Of a stretch of 64,000 bases of DNA, positions 25,447-39,034 are shown piece after piece. The translations under genes and the position numbers were made by a program. The notes beneath the pieces are model-generated. The model was not told the DNA's origin. It saw only the letters and a list, made by a program, of their open reading frames with translations, and did no database searches. Source of the DNA: Cenococcum geophilum. Its lineage: Eukaryota. Location of the stretch: contig CP158635.1 in NCBI GenBank assembly GCA_050273025.1, positions 24,180,001 to 24,244,000 on the forward strand. The letters run 5' to 3'. Within the stretch, counting starts at the first letter, position 1. The number at the start of each line of letters is the position of its first letter.

Positions 25447-28400
25447 ATGGCTATGCCTACTTTAAACGACTAGGAAGACTCCTTACTACTAGGGGTAGCT
25501 TTATACGCGAAACTTATTAATAAAAATTAGGACGAATTTACCTTTAATATAATAACTTATACCGCAAAATAAGTTAATGGCTTTCTCCTATACCGTATTA
25601 TATTCTACCAAAGTAAATACTACGCCGATATACAGCTATGGGAATATTTTAGGGAGGATTTTGTAGGATGGACCGCTAATACCTAGGCGCTTAGCAATGT
25701 TAATATTATTTAGGATTTTTAAGACTTCCTCCGTAGGAATGGGGTATACGTTACTAAGAACGGTAACCTAATTGCTAGTAATATTTAGGCCGTTATTACT
25801 AGTATAGAAGAACTAGTATAGACGGAAGCTAAGATTATATATTAACTACGGAAACCTAAAACTAACCTATATTCTTTAGAAGGCAACTTTAATTTAGAAC
25901 GAAACCCCTAGAACGCTACTCTTCTACCTAAAGGTGCTCTCCTACCTAGAGGTGCCCTCCTACTAAGAGGTACTCTTTCTCTACCTCCGCTGCCTTTAGC
26001 TTCTCTACTCTAGCTAACCGGTGACCCTCTACTATAAGAAGTTACGAATCTAATAAAGGTATATTTAGATAAAGAGAAGAAGTTTAGAGGAGAATTATAT
26101 AATATACTCGGAGCAAAACTATAGGTCTTTTATGACTGTTGCAATAAGGTTAAAATTTAATACCACTAGTACCACTACGCCTTCTCTATTATGTTAAAGG
26201 GATAGGCAGCAATATTCTATTACGACTATATTATGGGTAAAAACTATAACTTTAATACAATGCTTTAGCTTACTAGAGCCCACTTTAAAACCGATAAAAA
26301 TTGCTAACTTTATATATCTAAATAGCGGGAGACTATATTCTAGAGAGCTATTACTTCTAACCTAATAAAGACTTATTTAGAGTGCCTTTAACTACTCTTT
26401 AATAAACTTTAGAAAATCTAACGTGGCCTTACCGAAACTTACTAAAATAAGAATAGCCTAAGGGACTAGGTTATCTTAGCATACTATAGCGTTTCTAAGT
26501 GCAACTTAGCGCTATATAAACCTATAAATATATTTAAAGGAGTATATGCTAAGCTACACTCCGCTATAGGTACTGCGATACAAATATAAGAATCTTAATA
26601 GTTTTATACTAAAAACCTTACCTAACTAAGTATTCCTAACTAATATAATTATAACTAAACTAATCGAATATATAGTGGCCGTGGTAGGGAATACAAAAGA
26701 GGGTATAATTAACATTAACTACGAGGTAATTATAGAGGTCCTCGTAGAGGTTTATTTTAAAGTAATTGCTAGAAGAAGTGCTACGTTTATAAGAAGCTAA
26801 ATTACTAGTTAACTAGACACTCCCTTAATAAGCGAAAGGAGGTATATAATAAGTTCCGTTAAAGTATAAGAAACGTTAGAAATCGCAAGGTTACTACGGC
26901 CTACTTTTAAAGCTTCCTAGTTTAATATAAAGGCGTAGAAGATCTTAAGGGTAAGGTTAATAAGACTAAATAGCTCCTTATAAATATGGAAATTAAGAAC
27001 TACTTACCTAACCAATACTTTACTAAGTATGGTGAGGTAAATAGTATATAAACCGTTGCTGTTCTTAATAACTAATCTACGCTCCATTCTATTACAAAAT
27101 TAGATATCTTTAATAAGCCAAAGAAGAGTTCCGCGTTTTCCTTTAACGATAGATACACGGCAAATGTCTTCTATGGTATTATACCGGATACTAAAGCCGT
27201 AGGAGTATTAATAGTAGAAGAACCTTAAGTTTAAGCCCTTTAGCAGCTTAATAGCTCTATTTAGATTAACTATTTAACGGCAGGCTAGTATACGATTCGT
27301 TTTGGCAAAGGTACTACAATCTCTCTCAGCATAATTAGGGTTTAAACCCCCTTAGGGTATATTAGTTTTTACGTTATTTCCACAAATACCCCATTTCTAT
27401 TTTATATTAGAGATATAGATAAATTAGGCATTAAGCTTAATAACCTTAAGAATATACTTATCTAAGGAGATAATTAGGTGCCTATTATACGTAAGTAGGG
27501 TTACCCCTAGTTGCTCCTTTATTAACTAGAAAAGAGTGTTACTTAAAGCCACTTAACTAAATCAGAATTACGCCAACTATACTATTGTTTTAGCCACCTA
27601 TCCGTTTATTAATTACTTAGGGTTCTTTAGCAAGTAGGCTATAAAGTTAAGGTTAAGGCAATTAAGCATCTTATAAAGTACTACTATTACTACTAAATAA
27701 ACTAGAAGTCCCCTGGCCAATTTAAGTTTACCCTTAAAGATAACTATAACTTTAACTTCTATATTATTATTAACGTTATATATCTTAGCGGCAAGCTAGT
27801 GCTCTAAGTTATTAACTTTTTAACTTTCTTCTAAGCCGCGCGTTTCTTAAAAGATATATTAGCCAGAAACGTATAGGATACCCTTTAGTTATACTAGATT
27901 AATATCTATTTAGAACCCCTTAATTAAATTATCTATAATATAGGAAAGAACTTCTTATCTATAGAGTTCCGATAACAGATAAAGGTAATAGTAATTAAGG
28001 TTAAGGAAGTCCCCGTTAAGGCATATAATAGTATTAAAAAAGTAAAATAATATTACGCGCCATTACGCCGCGTATATAAGATTATCTCTTTAGAACTAAA
28101 GGATACTAGTAAAGAACTTACCTTGCAAATAGCTATTAAAGCTATTAATAATTCCGCTAGCCCAGATAGACTCGTACCTATATTACTAGTCTTTAGTACC
28201 TACCCTTAAATAACTAACAATTCTTTACTATCTCCTTCTATTATATAATAAGCCGAGGCTATTTATAAGGTAATAAAGGAGGTGCGACGTCTCTACGCTA
28301 TATGCTAGGTTAATAATGTACTAGAAATAAGAAATGGCCTAAATACCTTAACTACGCTTAATCTGCCACTCTAGTCTAAAGTACGCATATAGCGTAAAAA

Positions 28401-30360
28401 GGGAGGATAGTTAGGCCTATACTAACTTATTACAATTAATAGCTAAACTTATACTATTTAGATGCCTCACGGACCTACTTAATTCTATTTAACTATTATT
28501 AAGCCTTACTATAAAGATAACAATTCTAAGCCTTTATAGGATACCCTAGAAGATACCCTAGAGGAGAACCATAATTAATATGCTCTAGAAGGCGACTATA
28601 ATTCTAATATAATTATAGTAGATATACTATAACTATGACGTGATAGAGGTCGCCCAAAGGGATTACGAAATCGCCAATATCTTATTAATTTTAAAGAATA
28701 ATTTGTTGCCGCCATTAAGAATAAAGTTAAGTTATTAATGGCCTTTATAATAGCCAAAGAGAAGGCTAACTTTAAGCTCGCAAAACAGCTCTAAAAGGAA
28801 GGTTATATTATAACCCCAGAAGCTCCTTTCTAAGCATCCGATAAGTAGGAGATCGACGGTCTTATTACAAGAGAAGTCTTTAAATTTAAGAAGTATGACC
28901 CTACTAAGTTTAATAAAGTTCGTATCTTTAAGTTAAGGATAGTTAATAAGATTAAGGGCAAGGCTACTAACGCCCCATTTAAGAAATTAAGGCTTATTAT
29001 CTAAGGGTACAACAATAATAGTAAAGAGATAATTCTTATACAATCTCCTATAATTTAACGAGCTAGTTAGTAAGTTATTGTTGCATTAGCTCCCTCCTTA
29101 ATAAAGAATAGAATGGTAGTTTATTTACGAGATATTATTTAAGCCTATACCCAATTAGAGACGCACCTTTAGCGTTTAATATTAGTATACCTTCTGGAGT
29201 AAATTTGCCACTAGTATCCTAAAGATACAATTATGGTTATACTTAAGCTATTATATAGAATCGCAAAGGCAGGAACTTACTGGTGGGCTACCTATAGTAA
29301 GCACTATAAAGAGAAGCTTTTAATAACTACTTCTATATTTGATCCCTACTTCCTTATTATAACTACGGGAACCCTATTTAAAATCGTCGGTATATAAACT
29401 AATAATACAATCATCTTAGGAGACGACTAATTCTTAGCTCTTAAAGAGGATAAGCTAGTAAAGGCAAATCTTATAGTAAAGCCAAAGGAAAAGCTTAACT
29501 TAATAATACTATTACTCTTTAATAGATGCATCCTCTCCCTAAACGAGAATTCTATTACTTTACGCCAGAAGGGCTAAGGCAAGAAGATTAACATTATTAA
29601 CGTTAATTCTCTAAAGTAAGGATATGTAGAGCAACGTGCTTATAAAGCTTATGTTACTTCTATCTATTAACCTAAGGCTTTATTTAATCTCTTTATTACG
29701 GCTTAATACTAGGAACTAACTAAGGATAATATCCTTACCCTAAATAAGCGTCTTTTCTAGTAAATAAACCATCTTAATTAGGGACTACTCTATGTACCTA
29801 TTAACCTTCCTACCGCTAAGCTCTTTATATTTATTAATAAATCGTTTATAAATAATAAAGATTTTAGCTCCTAGCTAGGATATAAGATTATTATTACAAA
29901 CAAATCTACTAGAGAGAATAACTTCACAATCTACGGTAATCTTATCTATTAAAGCTTAACCAAAAGCAAGCGCGTTACTTAAAGCGTTCTAGCGTTAAAG
30001 ATATATAGAATGGTTAGCGGAGTTAATATAGCAATTGCAATTGGAACTACCCTAAAGATAATTATAGATTAACTCAAATTTCCTGTTATCCCTATAATTA
30101 TATATACTAACTTATATTCCCTCTATAAGTATTTAGTTAAGCTTAGTACTATAAAGGAGAAGCGCCTTATAATTAATATTATGGCACTTTAGCAATCCTA
30201 TAAGCGTTAAAAACTCTTTAAGATTTAATAGATTAATGGCTAAGATAACCCAGTAGATGTAATAATAAAGGCGAACCTAAATAAGGCACTAGAGACGTTT
30301 GTTAATATAAATACTCTACATATATAAGTTAAAGGTTAGGTTAAAAGGGAGTCCCTAGAA
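25447..30360 (+). pseudogene. pol: RIP-degraded Copia polyprotein of E2
   Basis: ATG at 25447, protease IPDTKA (DTG) at ~27180, integrase at ~27560-28210, RT motif *TNN (from QTDD) at 29395-29406, RNase H to ~30350. Confidence 0.88.
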
Positions 30361-30456
30361 ATTTCTTAGTTACGTAAGGTCTTAAGATATTCAGGAACTT
30401 CAACCAGCGGTTAAAGTTATCTAATTAGTTAGATTCTGCAGACCCTAACTTAAACC

Positions 30457-30503
30457 AGCCAATTAGGATTTTCCATCCCCGGGATAGAAAATCGCTATTG
30501 GCT
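30457..30503 (+). promoter_or_regulatory. palindrome with flanking inverted CCAAT motifs in the E2 3' UTR
   Basis: AGCCAAT-tag-GATTTTCCATCCCCGGGATAGAAAATC-gct-ATTGGCT. Also present at 34674, 40738, 58200, 59518 and 11806. Confidence 0.6.
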
Positions 30504-30930
30504 CGCTTACCGCTAGCGCCTTGGCGGCCCTACTAATAAGATACCTACCCACAACTTATAATTAAGAAAGCACCATATACTAAGAGGCAAATTTTAGGAC
30601 AGCGAGACTTATATTATAATAGCAATAGTAAGTAAGGAGAATTGATTTTTGTTCCGCTAGTTAAGCGGTATATATATATATAGATGGCAACCACAAAAGA
30701 AGAGTTGCTAGTGTTGGGAATAAAGGCATATAAGGCATATTGCCGTCACGTGTGGCAAGTTGCCGTTACGTGCAGCAAGTTGCCGTCACGTGCCGCCGCG
30801 GCACTAGCGTGGTGAGGAACCTTAAGTTCCTCACCCCTTTCTTTAACAACAACATCAAAATAAAAGAACAATTATTATACTATCTACGAACCGTAGCTAC
30901 GTGATATCCCCTTATATAACCAATATTACC

Positions 30931-33900
30931 TAACTAAGTATTCCTAACTAATATAATTATAACTAGACTAATTAAATATATAGTAGCCGTAGTAGGGAAT
31001 ACGGTAAAGGGTATAATTAATATTAACTATAAGGAAATCATGGAGGTCCTTATAGAGGTTCATTCTAAAGTAATTGCTAAAAGAAGTGCTACATTTATAA
31101 GAAACCAAATTACTAGTTAACTAGGTATTCTCTTAATAAATAAAAGGAGGTATATAATAAGTTTTACTAAAGTATAAGAAATATTAAAAATTATAAGGTT
31201 ACTACGGCCTACTTTTAAAGCTTTCTAGTTTAATATAAAGGCGTAAAAAATCTTAAGGGTAAGGTTAATAAGGCCAAATAGCTCCTTATAGATATAGAAA
31301 TTGAGAACTACTTACCTAACTAATACTTTACTAAGTATAGTAAGGTAAATAGTATACAAACCATCGCTATTCTTAATAACTAATCTACGCTCCATTCTAT
31401 TATAAAGTTAAATATCTTTAATAAGCTAAAGGAGAGCTCTATGTTCTCCTTTAATAATAGATACTCGGCGAATATCTTCTATAGTATTATGCCAGATACT
31501 AGAGCCGCAGGAGTATCTATAGTAGGAGAACCTTAAGTTTAAGCTCTCTAGAAGCTTAATAGCTCTATTTAGATTAACTAATTAACGGTAGGCTAATATA
31601 CAATTCGTTTTAGCAAAGGTACTATAATCTCTCTTAGCATAATTAGGGTCTAAACCCCCTTAGAATATATTACTTTCTATATTATTCCTATAAACACCCT
31701 ATTTCTATTCTACATTAGGAATATAAATAAATTAGGCGTTAAGCTTAATAACCTTAAGAATATACTTATATAGGGAGATAGTTGGGTGCCTATTATACAT
31801 AAGTAGGGTCACTCTTAGTTACTCCTTTAATAACTAGAAAAGAGCATTACTTAGAGCTATTTAACTAAGTTAAAATTACGCTAACTACACCGCCGTTTTA
31901 GTTACCTATTAGTTTATTAATTACTTAAGGTTCTTTAATAAGTAGGTTATAAAGTTAAGATTAAGGCGATTAAGCATCTTATAAAGTACTACTATTACTA
32001 CTAAATAAACTAGAAGTCCCCTAGCCAATTTAAGTTCACCCTTAAAGATAACTATAACTTTAACTTCTGTATTATTATTAACGTTATATATCTTAGCGGT
32101 AAGCTAATACTCTAAGTTATTAACTTCTTAACTTTCTTCTAAGCCGCACGTTTTTTAAAGGATATATTAGCTAAGAACGTATAGGATACCCTTTAATTAT
32201 ACTAAATTAATATCTACTTAGGACCCCCTAATTAAATCGTCCATAATATAAAAAAGAACTTCTTATTTATAAAGTTTTAATAATAGACAAAGGCAATAGC
32301 AATTAAGGTTAAGGAAGTCCCTATTAAGGTATATAATAGTATTAAAAAAGTAAAGCAATATTACGCGCTATTACGCTATATATATAAGATTATCTCTTTA
32401 AAACTAAAGAACGCTAGCGAAAAACTTACCTTATAAATAGCTATTAAAGCCGTTAATAATTCCGCTAGCCTAGATAGACTTATACCTACATTACTAGTCT
32501 TTAGCGCCTACCCTTAAATAACTAATAATTCTTTACTATCTCCTTCTATTATATAATAAGCTAAGGCTATTTATAAGGCAATAAAGGAGGTATAATATCT
32601 CTACGCTATATGCTAGGTTAACAACGTACTAGGAATAAAAAATGGCCTAAATACCTTAACTACGCTTAATCTACCACTCTAGTCTAAGGTATGCATATAG
32701 TATAAAAAGGGAGAATAGTTAGGCCTATATTAACTTATTATAATTAATAGTTAAACTTATATTATTTAGATGTCTTATAGACCCACTTAATTCCATTTAA
32801 CCGTTATTAAGCCTTACTATAAAGATAATAGTTTTAAGCCTTTATAGGATACCCTAAAAGATACCCTAAAGGAAAACTACGATTAATATACTCTAGAAGA
32901 CAACTATAATCCTAATATAATTATAGTAGACGTGCCGCAACTATAACGCGGTAAAGGTCGCCTGAAGGGATTATAAAATCACTAATATTTTATTAATTTA
33001 TTACCGCTATTAAAAATGGAATTAAGTTATTAATAGCCTTTATAATAACTAAGGAAAAGGCTAACTTTAAGCTCGCAAAACAGCTCTAAAAAGAAGGTCG
33101 TATTATAACTCCTAAAGCTCCTTTTTAAGCATCTAATAAGTAGGAGATTAACGGTCTTATTATAAGAGGAATCTTTAAATTTAAGAAGTATAACCCTACT
33201 AAGTTTAACAAAGTTCGCATCTTTAAATTAAGAATAGTTAATAAGATTAAAGGCAAAGCTACTAATACCCTATTTAAGAAATTAAGGCTTATTATCTAAG
33301 GTTATAATAATAATAGTAAGGAGGTAATTTTTATATAATCTCCTATAATTTAACAAGCTAGTTAATAAGTTATTATTACGTTAGCTCCCTCCTTAATAAA
33401 GAATAGAATAGCGGTCTATTTATAAGATATTACTTAGGCCTATACCTAATTAGAGACGCACCTTTAGCGCTTAATATTAGCATACTTTTTAGAGTAAATT
33501 CGTTACTAATATCCCAAAGATACAATTATATAAAATCGTAGAGGCAGGAACCTATTAATAGGCTACCTATAGTAAGCACCACAAAGAGAAGCTTTTAATA
33601 ACTACTTTTATATTTAACCTATGCTTCCTAATTATAACTATAGAAACTCTATTTAGAATTATTGGCATATAAACTAATAATATAATTATCTTAGGAAACG
33701 ACTAATTCTTAGCTCTTAAAGAAGATAAGTTAGTAAAGGTAAATCTTATAGCAAAGCCAAAGGAAAAGCTTAAGTTAATAATATTATTGCTCTTTAATAA
33801 ATGCACCCTCTCCCTAAATAAGGATTCCATTGCTTTACGCCAAAAGGGTTAAGGTAAGAAGATTAATATTATTAACACTAATTCTCTAAAGTAAGGATAT

Positions 33901-34630
33901 ATAAAGTAACGCGCTTATAGAGCTTATATTACTTCTATCTATTAACCTAAGGCTTTATTTAATCTCTTTATTACCGCCTAACATTAGAAACTAACTAAGG
34001 ATAATATTCTTACCCTAAATAAATGTTTTTTTTTAATAAATAAACCATCTTAATCGGGGACTACTCTATATACCTATTAGTCTTCCTACCGCTAAGCTCT
34101 TTATATTTATTAATAGATCGTTTATAAATAATAAAGATTTTAGCTCCTAATTAGGATATAAGATTATTATCGCAAATAAATCTAATAAAGAGAATAACTT
34201 TATAATCTATAGCAATCTTATTTATTAGAGCTTAACTAAGAGTAAGCGCGTCACTTAAAGCGTCCTAGCGTTAGAGATATACGGAATAGTCGGCGGAGTT
34301 AATATAGCAATTACAATTAGAACTACCCTAAAGATAATTATAGATTAACTTAAAGTTTTTACTATCCCTATAATTATATACACCGACTTATATTCCCTCT
34401 ATAAGTATTTAGTTAAGCTTAGTACTATAAAGAAAAAGCGCCTAATAATTAATATTATAGCACTTTGGCAATCCTATAAGCGTTAAAAACTCTTTAAAAT
34501 TTAATAAATTAATGGCTAAGATAACCTAGTAGATATAATAATAAAGGCGAATCTAAATAAGGCACTAGAGACGTTTATTAATATAAATACTCTATATATA
34601 CGAGTTAAAGGTTAAGTTAAAAGGGAGTAG
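30931..34630 (+). pseudogene. pol: 3' part of the E1 polyprotein (PR, IN, RT, RNase H)
   Basis: Colinear with E2 26620-30350, with small deletions near 33000 and 33530. Confidence 0.85.
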
Positions 34631-35764
34631 GAGTATAATATTCTGCAAACCCTAATTTAAACCAGCCAATTAGGATTTTCCATCCCCGGGATAGAAAATC
34701 ACTATTAGCTCGCTTACTACTAGCGCCTTAGCAGCCTTTCTAACAAGATATCTGCCTGCGACTCCTAAGTAAGAAAGCACTACGTGCTAAGAGGTAGATT
34801 TTGGGACAGCGAGACTTATATTACAATGGCAATAGTAAGTAAAAAGGATTAATATTTATTATACTCGTTAAGCGGTATATATATATAGATAGCAACCGTA
34901 AAAGCAGAGTTACTAGTATTGGGAATATAGGTAAGTTGCTGTTACGTAAGGCAAGTTGCCGTTATATAAGGCAAGTTGCCGTTACGTGTTGCCGCGGCAC
35001 TAGCGTAGCAAGGAGCCCTAAGCTCCTCGCCCTTCCTAAAGCAAGAAAAATATATATAATAACAATTACCATACTATCTACGAACCGTAGCTATGTAATA
35101 TTACCTTATGTAACTAACAATACTATAAGCGCCTTATTATTCCATTTAACTTATATTGCCAATATTTAAAACTATATTATATATTTAATTGCTAAAGTTC
35201 TCTAAACTAGGTTTTAAAGCTTTCTTTCTACCGTAGTAGTTGCCTTTAGGTTTCTAAATATCTATATTAAACGTTCCGCGGACCCGCTCTAACTTAAAAA
35301 TATATACTATACCTCTTAGTTAGTGGTCGTTATACCATACTCTTATACTTCCGTAAGGTAAGGCTTAAACTACTTAAGTGCTCTCCCTATTAGGAATAAT
35401 CCTATATAAGCGACTTAATCTATAGGCGTTCCTAGTTTAACTCCTTCCTATATAACTTTAAAGTGCATTTATATAAAAAATCCTTTAAGCTTTAACTTCT
35501 CTCCTAAGAATTGCTTAATTAAGAGTAACTTAACCTTAGCCACTCTAATCCTATTAATCCTTTCTTTAAGTATCCTATTATTATCTATTAATTAATTAAC
35601 TATTTTTTATAGCTATCCAACGGTAACTAGCTAAGAGTTAGTATCTGCTATATTAGTGTTATTACTTAATCTTAAGGTAGTCGCTGCCGTCAACGCTATT
35701 ATAGCTGCTGCTTTTAGTAGCATGTTATTTAACTTTATTAATACTATAACCTTAGTAATAAATA

Positions 35765-36184
35765 TATAATGAAGCCTTATAGTAGAAACTATAGTAAACT
35801 TATTAATGGGCCGGGTATATAAGTAAATAAGAAGCTAACAACGTAATAATAACTAGTAGAGTAGTTGCCTAATAGATTAACTCTAATTATATTTTAAGAT
35901 TTACTATAAAGAAGAGAAACTATCTATAAAGACCATCTGCCCTTAAATATATAACTCCTCCCTATAGTAAAGTGTTTAGTATATTAGTACGTTAGTATAT
36001 TAGTATATCGCGTTCCTATATTCCTACGTTCCCACATTCCAAACTTATAACGTAACTAGCTATATAACTTAGCTACCTCTTATCCTATAGCTCGATCGGT
36101 TCTAGCGCCTCCTATACTATCTTAACCAACCCATTTATATCTCTTCTTAGTAGTCGTACTACTGCCGATATAAGGTCCGTAATA
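35765..36184 (-). repeat. 5' LTR of Gypsy A
   Basis: Direct repeat of 1925-2352; the gag ATG follows at 35723 on minus. Confidence 0.9.
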
Positions 36185-37196
36185 TATAGGCCTCCTCCTA
36201 TTTATAAATACTCCCTTTATACCTTCCTTTTTTCTTTTCTTCTTCCTTATAAAAGCTAGAGGTGCTCTAATACTCCTCCTTAGTCCCTATTAAAGGATTT
36301 ATTAGTTAATATAGTAATATAAATAGCATTAGATAAGGAGACGGGTAAGAAAGAAAATAGAAAAAACAGAGGAACCTCTAGTAGGTGTTAATTGAGTAAT
36401 ATTAATGGCTAGTTTTTATCACTTAAAAACTGCGTTATATAATAATATTTAGGAACGCAAATATATACCCCATTATATACTTATACCACTACTAAATATT
36501 TTAGATTTTATACTTAGAGCTGCTTATAATAGGTATTCCTAGGAGATCTACCAGTTTAAAGCTCTACAACTAAACGTTATTAACGTTTTATATAGGGGTT
36601 ATCAATCAAGCTCCCAGGACACGATTTTTAAAGTTTAATACTATACTAATATTATAACCTTCTTATAGTGGCCAAGCCACCCCCTAATCTCCTCCCCCTC
36701 CTCCTCTCCCTCCTATTACTTAACGCTAAGCTATTACATCGTCGCTAGGGTAGGTAACAACGTAGTTAATTAATTATATTAGACGTTGCTACTATAACCG
36801 CACCGCCTCCACCTATTAGGAGGAGGGGTCTTGGTATATAGTTATATCTCTTCTTATACGTATATTTAATCGAGTTAGGGTAGTAAACTTACTTTACTTC
36901 CAGCTATGTAGCGATTGAGTTATTAGGTATTAAAAAATATTTAGTTTATAAAGCTTTAAATTAGAATTATAATCTACTATATTATATCCTATATAAAGGG
37001 CTCTATATAGGGGGGTCCTAGGGGGTCTCCCCCTAGAAAACCTTATCTCTATATATATTAATTAAGGTCTATATAATAAAGCTCTAAATTAAAGCTTTAG
37101 GTTAATTAATTAGCTTATTATAAATTTGGGTTAAATTTTTCATTAGGGGGTACTAATAATCTGCATATTATTTATTAAGCGAAGTAACTTGTTTTA

Positions 37197-37602
37197 ACGT
37201 ATTCTATTACCTAATTAGCAACACTACTAAACCGGCTACCCTAAAAGCCCACTAAAAATTAGAGAAACTGCACCTTAATATCTTAATAACGGCTTAATAA
37301 TAAATTCCAAAATTTTATAATTAGCCTTTTATACTTACGTTAAGACTCTTAATAAAATTTTAGCGTAATAAGCCTGGCCGTTATTAAGATATTAGGTTTT
37401 AGCCCCTAATTTTAAGCTAAATTATAATATCTCTAGAGCTACTTAATATATTATTTTTTAAGTCTAATAAAATGCTAATTATAAAATTTCGGAATTTATT
37501 ATTAAGTCGTTATTAAGATATTAAGGTGTAGTTTTTCTAATTTTTAGTAGGTTTTTAGGGTGGCCGGTTTAGTGATATTGTTAGTTAGGTAGTGGAACAC
37601 GT
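37197..37602. mobile_element. Fot1/pogo-like MITE, 406 bp, with ~135-bp TIRs
   Basis: TA|ACGTATTCTATTACCTAA...TTAGGTAGTGGAACACGT|TA; the long inverted arms match apart from transitions. Confidence 0.88.
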
Positions 37603-37672
37603 TATATATAAAGCAGTAACCTTCTTTAACGAAATTAATCTATAACCCTATAATAGCATTATCTTAGACGTA

Positions 37673-37904
37673 ACGTAATCTATAAGTAAGTGGCTAGTAT
37701 AAGTATATAGCCACCCCACTACGCTACCGCGTTGTTGTGGCAGACTAAAAGTTTATAAACTAGCCTTGCTTATGGGCTTTAATAGCTTAAACAAGTCTAC
37801 CTTCTTTAAAAAGAGGATTCTACTATTATGGTGTGGCCATTATAGATAGTAGTTAAGGAACGCGTTACGTTTTAGTTAGGTGGCCACATACTTATAGATT
37901 ACGT
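37673..37904. mobile_element. Fot1/pogo-like MITE, 232 bp
   Basis: TA|ACGTAATCTATAAGTAAGTGGC...GCCACATACTTATAGATTACGT|TA. Confidence 0.85.
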
Positions 37905-38087
37905 TACCGTTAAATTAATCTATAGAACTAGCTCTATAATCCATTAATATATCTACCCTATTAGCCTATAATATTAAATAGAAAGCGCCACAGAACGAGT
38001 AATATATTAATAATTAAACTGCCAACCCCTATAATAAATATAATACTAGTTAACCGGCAGACGCCTATTTAAACGCTAACTAGAGTA

Positions 38088-39022
38088 TATAATAATAATA
38101 ATAATAATAATTCATTGCTTAACGTCCGATTTAGATCCCTATTAGGCCCACACGGACTACTCCTTATTTACATGTGGGGAGAAAACTCTATTTAAGAAAA
38201 ATGAGAAAACCCCGTGATCCATCTCCCCGCCTTTTAGGACTCGCCTGCTTAGCGCCTACAAGTCGCCTATGGTGCTCTACTACCTTACTATTTAACCTCC
38301 TTAGGAACCACTGCTGCCGTAACAAGCCTACGGACGCGCTAGTATCATAAACTATTACTCTACTACTGTAGAGTTACTAGGGGGCACCTGCTGCTCGCCC
38401 CCTTACCTTCTATTACTATTTCCCTTACAACCCGGAACTGATTTAGCACATTTTAACTAATAAGCCACTGGGTGACCGCCTTAAGGCCTTTTTATATTAA
38501 GAGCAGTGTATTATAGTTCTCTGTGCCAGCTGCTAAGAGCATTATTTCTTAATTAGTGCGTAGGGGGCATAGCAGTATTACGTGTTTTGGTGTCTGTCTT
38601 AGCCAGCCACATTCGCATCTTAGGCTACCTACTAGGACACCCACCCAGTAAAGCCAATCTTTTAGTCCTATTATTCCTGTTCTTAAGAGTGTTGCTATTA
38701 TATTTTCTGCCTTTATTAGGCCTTCTCGGAGCCCTTGGGTATTTACCCCCTATGGCGTTAACTATGCTATAGCTTAGGTTCGTCTTGCCTGAGTCAGCCT
38801 CTATACCTTCGACTCCCATTTACCTCTTCAGCGTTAGTCCAACCAGTATTGCATTACGGTAGATGGTTTCCCGGCGTTCTTACGTGTTCTACTTTGGCTC
38901 CTTTCTCTGTCTTGCTGTTGTCTTTACTGACCTCTTATGCGTCTCCCTTCCTCCTCTATATGGGCCTGGGCCCTAAAGCGGCACCATTCTTCTTCTGCTT
39001 TCTTCACCTGTTTCTCTAATAT
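38088..39022 (-). mobile_element. 5'-truncated Tad1-like LINE (ORF2 C-terminus, 3' UTR, (ATT)n tail)
   Basis: TSD CTAACTAGAGTA (38076-38087, 39023-39034). (AAT)n at 38091-38111. The minus strand encodes LLRTGIIGLKDWL...CECGWLRQTPKHVILLCP, the terminal CCHC of ORF2. Confidence 0.88.
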
Positions 39023-39034
39023 CTAACTAGAGTA

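Larger units (their letters stand above)
24829..30925 (+). mobile_element. Copia E2 (same family as E1), full length, nested in E1
   Basis: 214-bp LTRs at 24829-25042 and 30712-30925, TSD TTACC (24824-24828, 30926-30930). Confidence 0.95.
23094..35119 (+). mobile_element. Copia E1 (GalEa-like) inserted in the gag of A
   Basis: 203-bp LTRs at 23094-23296 and 34917-35119, TSD ATACC/ATACT (23089-23093, 35120-35124). Domain order gag-PR-IN-RT-RH; ORF 23653-24828 resumes at 30931-34630. Confidence 0.92.
1925..36184 (-). mobile_element. Gypsy chromovirus A, expanded to 34 kb by nested insertions
   Basis: Matching LTRs at 1925-2352 and 35765-36184, TSD TATAG (1920-1924, 36185-36189), and a PPT (AGGAGGGAGATAG on minus) next to 2353. 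The gag, CCHC, protease, RT start, integrase, GPF and chromodomain pieces rejoin when the inserts are removed. Confidence 0.9.

Noticed and set aside
30528..30575. Hammerhead ribozyme in the Copia 3' UTR (CTAATAAG as RIP-mutated CTGATGAG)
   Set aside because: The word is not conserved in F or G, and stem II/GAAA/stem III could not be assembled.
34936..35169. 77-aa ORF
   Set aside because: It lies over the E1 3' LTR and its junction and has a non-ATG start.
36940..37110. Possible small MITE around GGGGGTCCTAGGGGGTCTCCCCCTAG
   Set aside because: The inverted repeats are short and AT-rich, and no clear termini or TSD were found.
38587..38819. Two short ORFs
   Set aside because: They are off-frame or antisense to the LINE ORF2 C-terminus.
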